Below are positions 63,834 through 64,000 of a stretch of 64,000 nucleotides of DNA, piece by piece. Position 1 is the stretch's first letter, and each line of letters begins with the position of its first letter. The DNA is from Clostridiales bacterium (GTDB lineage: Bacteria > Bacillota > Clostridia > Oscillospirales > CAG-272): positions 12,732 through 76,731 of the forward strand of contig JAAVYP010000061.1 of assembly GCA_022791195.1 (NCBI GenBank). The letters run 5' to 3'. Position numbers and translations under genes: made by a program. Under the pieces are notes generated by a model. The model made no database searches, had not been told where the DNA came from, and saw only the letters and a list, made by a program, of their open reading frames with translations.

Positions 63834-64000
63834 TTGGATAAAGTGCACTTAGACAGCCGATTAAAAGCCTGTGCCTCTTTGGTGCAGGGAAAGACGGCGG
63901 CTGATATAGGGACAGACCATGCCTATGTGCCGGTCTATTTAATACAGAATCATATCTGTCATCATGTGGTGGCCTCGGACGTCCGGGCAGGGCCTGTGCA
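63834..64000 (+). CDS. trmK: tRNA (adenine22-N1)-methyltransferase TrmK, 3'-truncated by window edge
   Basis: Translation LDKVHLDSRLKACASLVQGKTAADIGTDHAYVPVYL matches the TrmK N-terminus (..RL..VA..V....ADIGSDHAYLP.YL). TTG/GTG start after AAGGTGA. Not in the ORF track because the frame runs off the window. Confidence 0.6.
   Translation, partial: MDKVHLDSRLKACASLVQGKTAADIGTDHAYVPVYLIQNHICHHVVASDVRAGPV

Noticed and set aside
1-64000. CRISPR arrays, IS elements/transposases, integrases, prophage or known defence genes (RM, Abi, CBASS, retron, TA pairs).
   Set aside because: No spaced direct-repeat array was seen. No ORF shows DDE/tyrosine/serine recombinase, reverse transcriptase, nuclease-helicase or toxin-antitoxin hallmarks. 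The XRE regulator at 48474 has no adjacent small toxin-like ORF.

Overview
This is a 64-kb chromosomal segment from a spore-forming Firmicute (class Clostridia). The gene content looks like a gut Oscillospiraceae/Ruminococcaceae-type anaerobe, but the taxon cannot be verified from the sequence alone. Most of the window is housekeeping operons, largely on the minus strand:
- spoIIGA-sigE.
- A MarR/FabT-headed type II fatty-acid synthesis operon: fabT-acpP-fabK-fabD-fabG-fabF-fabZ-accD-accA, then an acyl-CoA synthetase and a thioesterase.
- DUF1015, an ABC exporter, rpmB, plsY, der, glf, yceD-rpmF and queT.
- A shikimate/phenylalanine operon: aroB-aroA-aroC-pheA-aroE::aroK-aroQ.
- A GH36 alpha-galactosidase, deoD, a LytTR-type two-component system, greA, a CotH-SLH surface protein, a CarD-like regulator, mtnN and one tRNA-Gln.

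Downstream of the tRNA lies a more accessory-looking stretch. It holds an XRE regulator, an ABC-2 transporter, a lipoprotein and a five-gene sortase-dependent pilus locus whose 1388-aa tip adhesin carries a PA14-like fibro-slime domain.

I found no CRISPR array, transposase, integrase, phage module or recognisable defence system. I cannot honestly point to a clear-cut novel multi-gene system. The most unusual signals are regulatory or architectural:
- An aromatic-rich leader ORF plus terminator in front of the aro operon.
- A structured queT leader (preQ1-riboswitch candidate).
- Twin palindromic operators at the fabT promoter.
- A fab operon that lacks fabH, accB and accC but is translationally coupled to an acyl-CoA ligase.
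- The pilus island.
- The CotH-SLH protein with Cys-rich repeats.

All functional calls come from reading the translated ORFs and motifs by eye. No database search was run.
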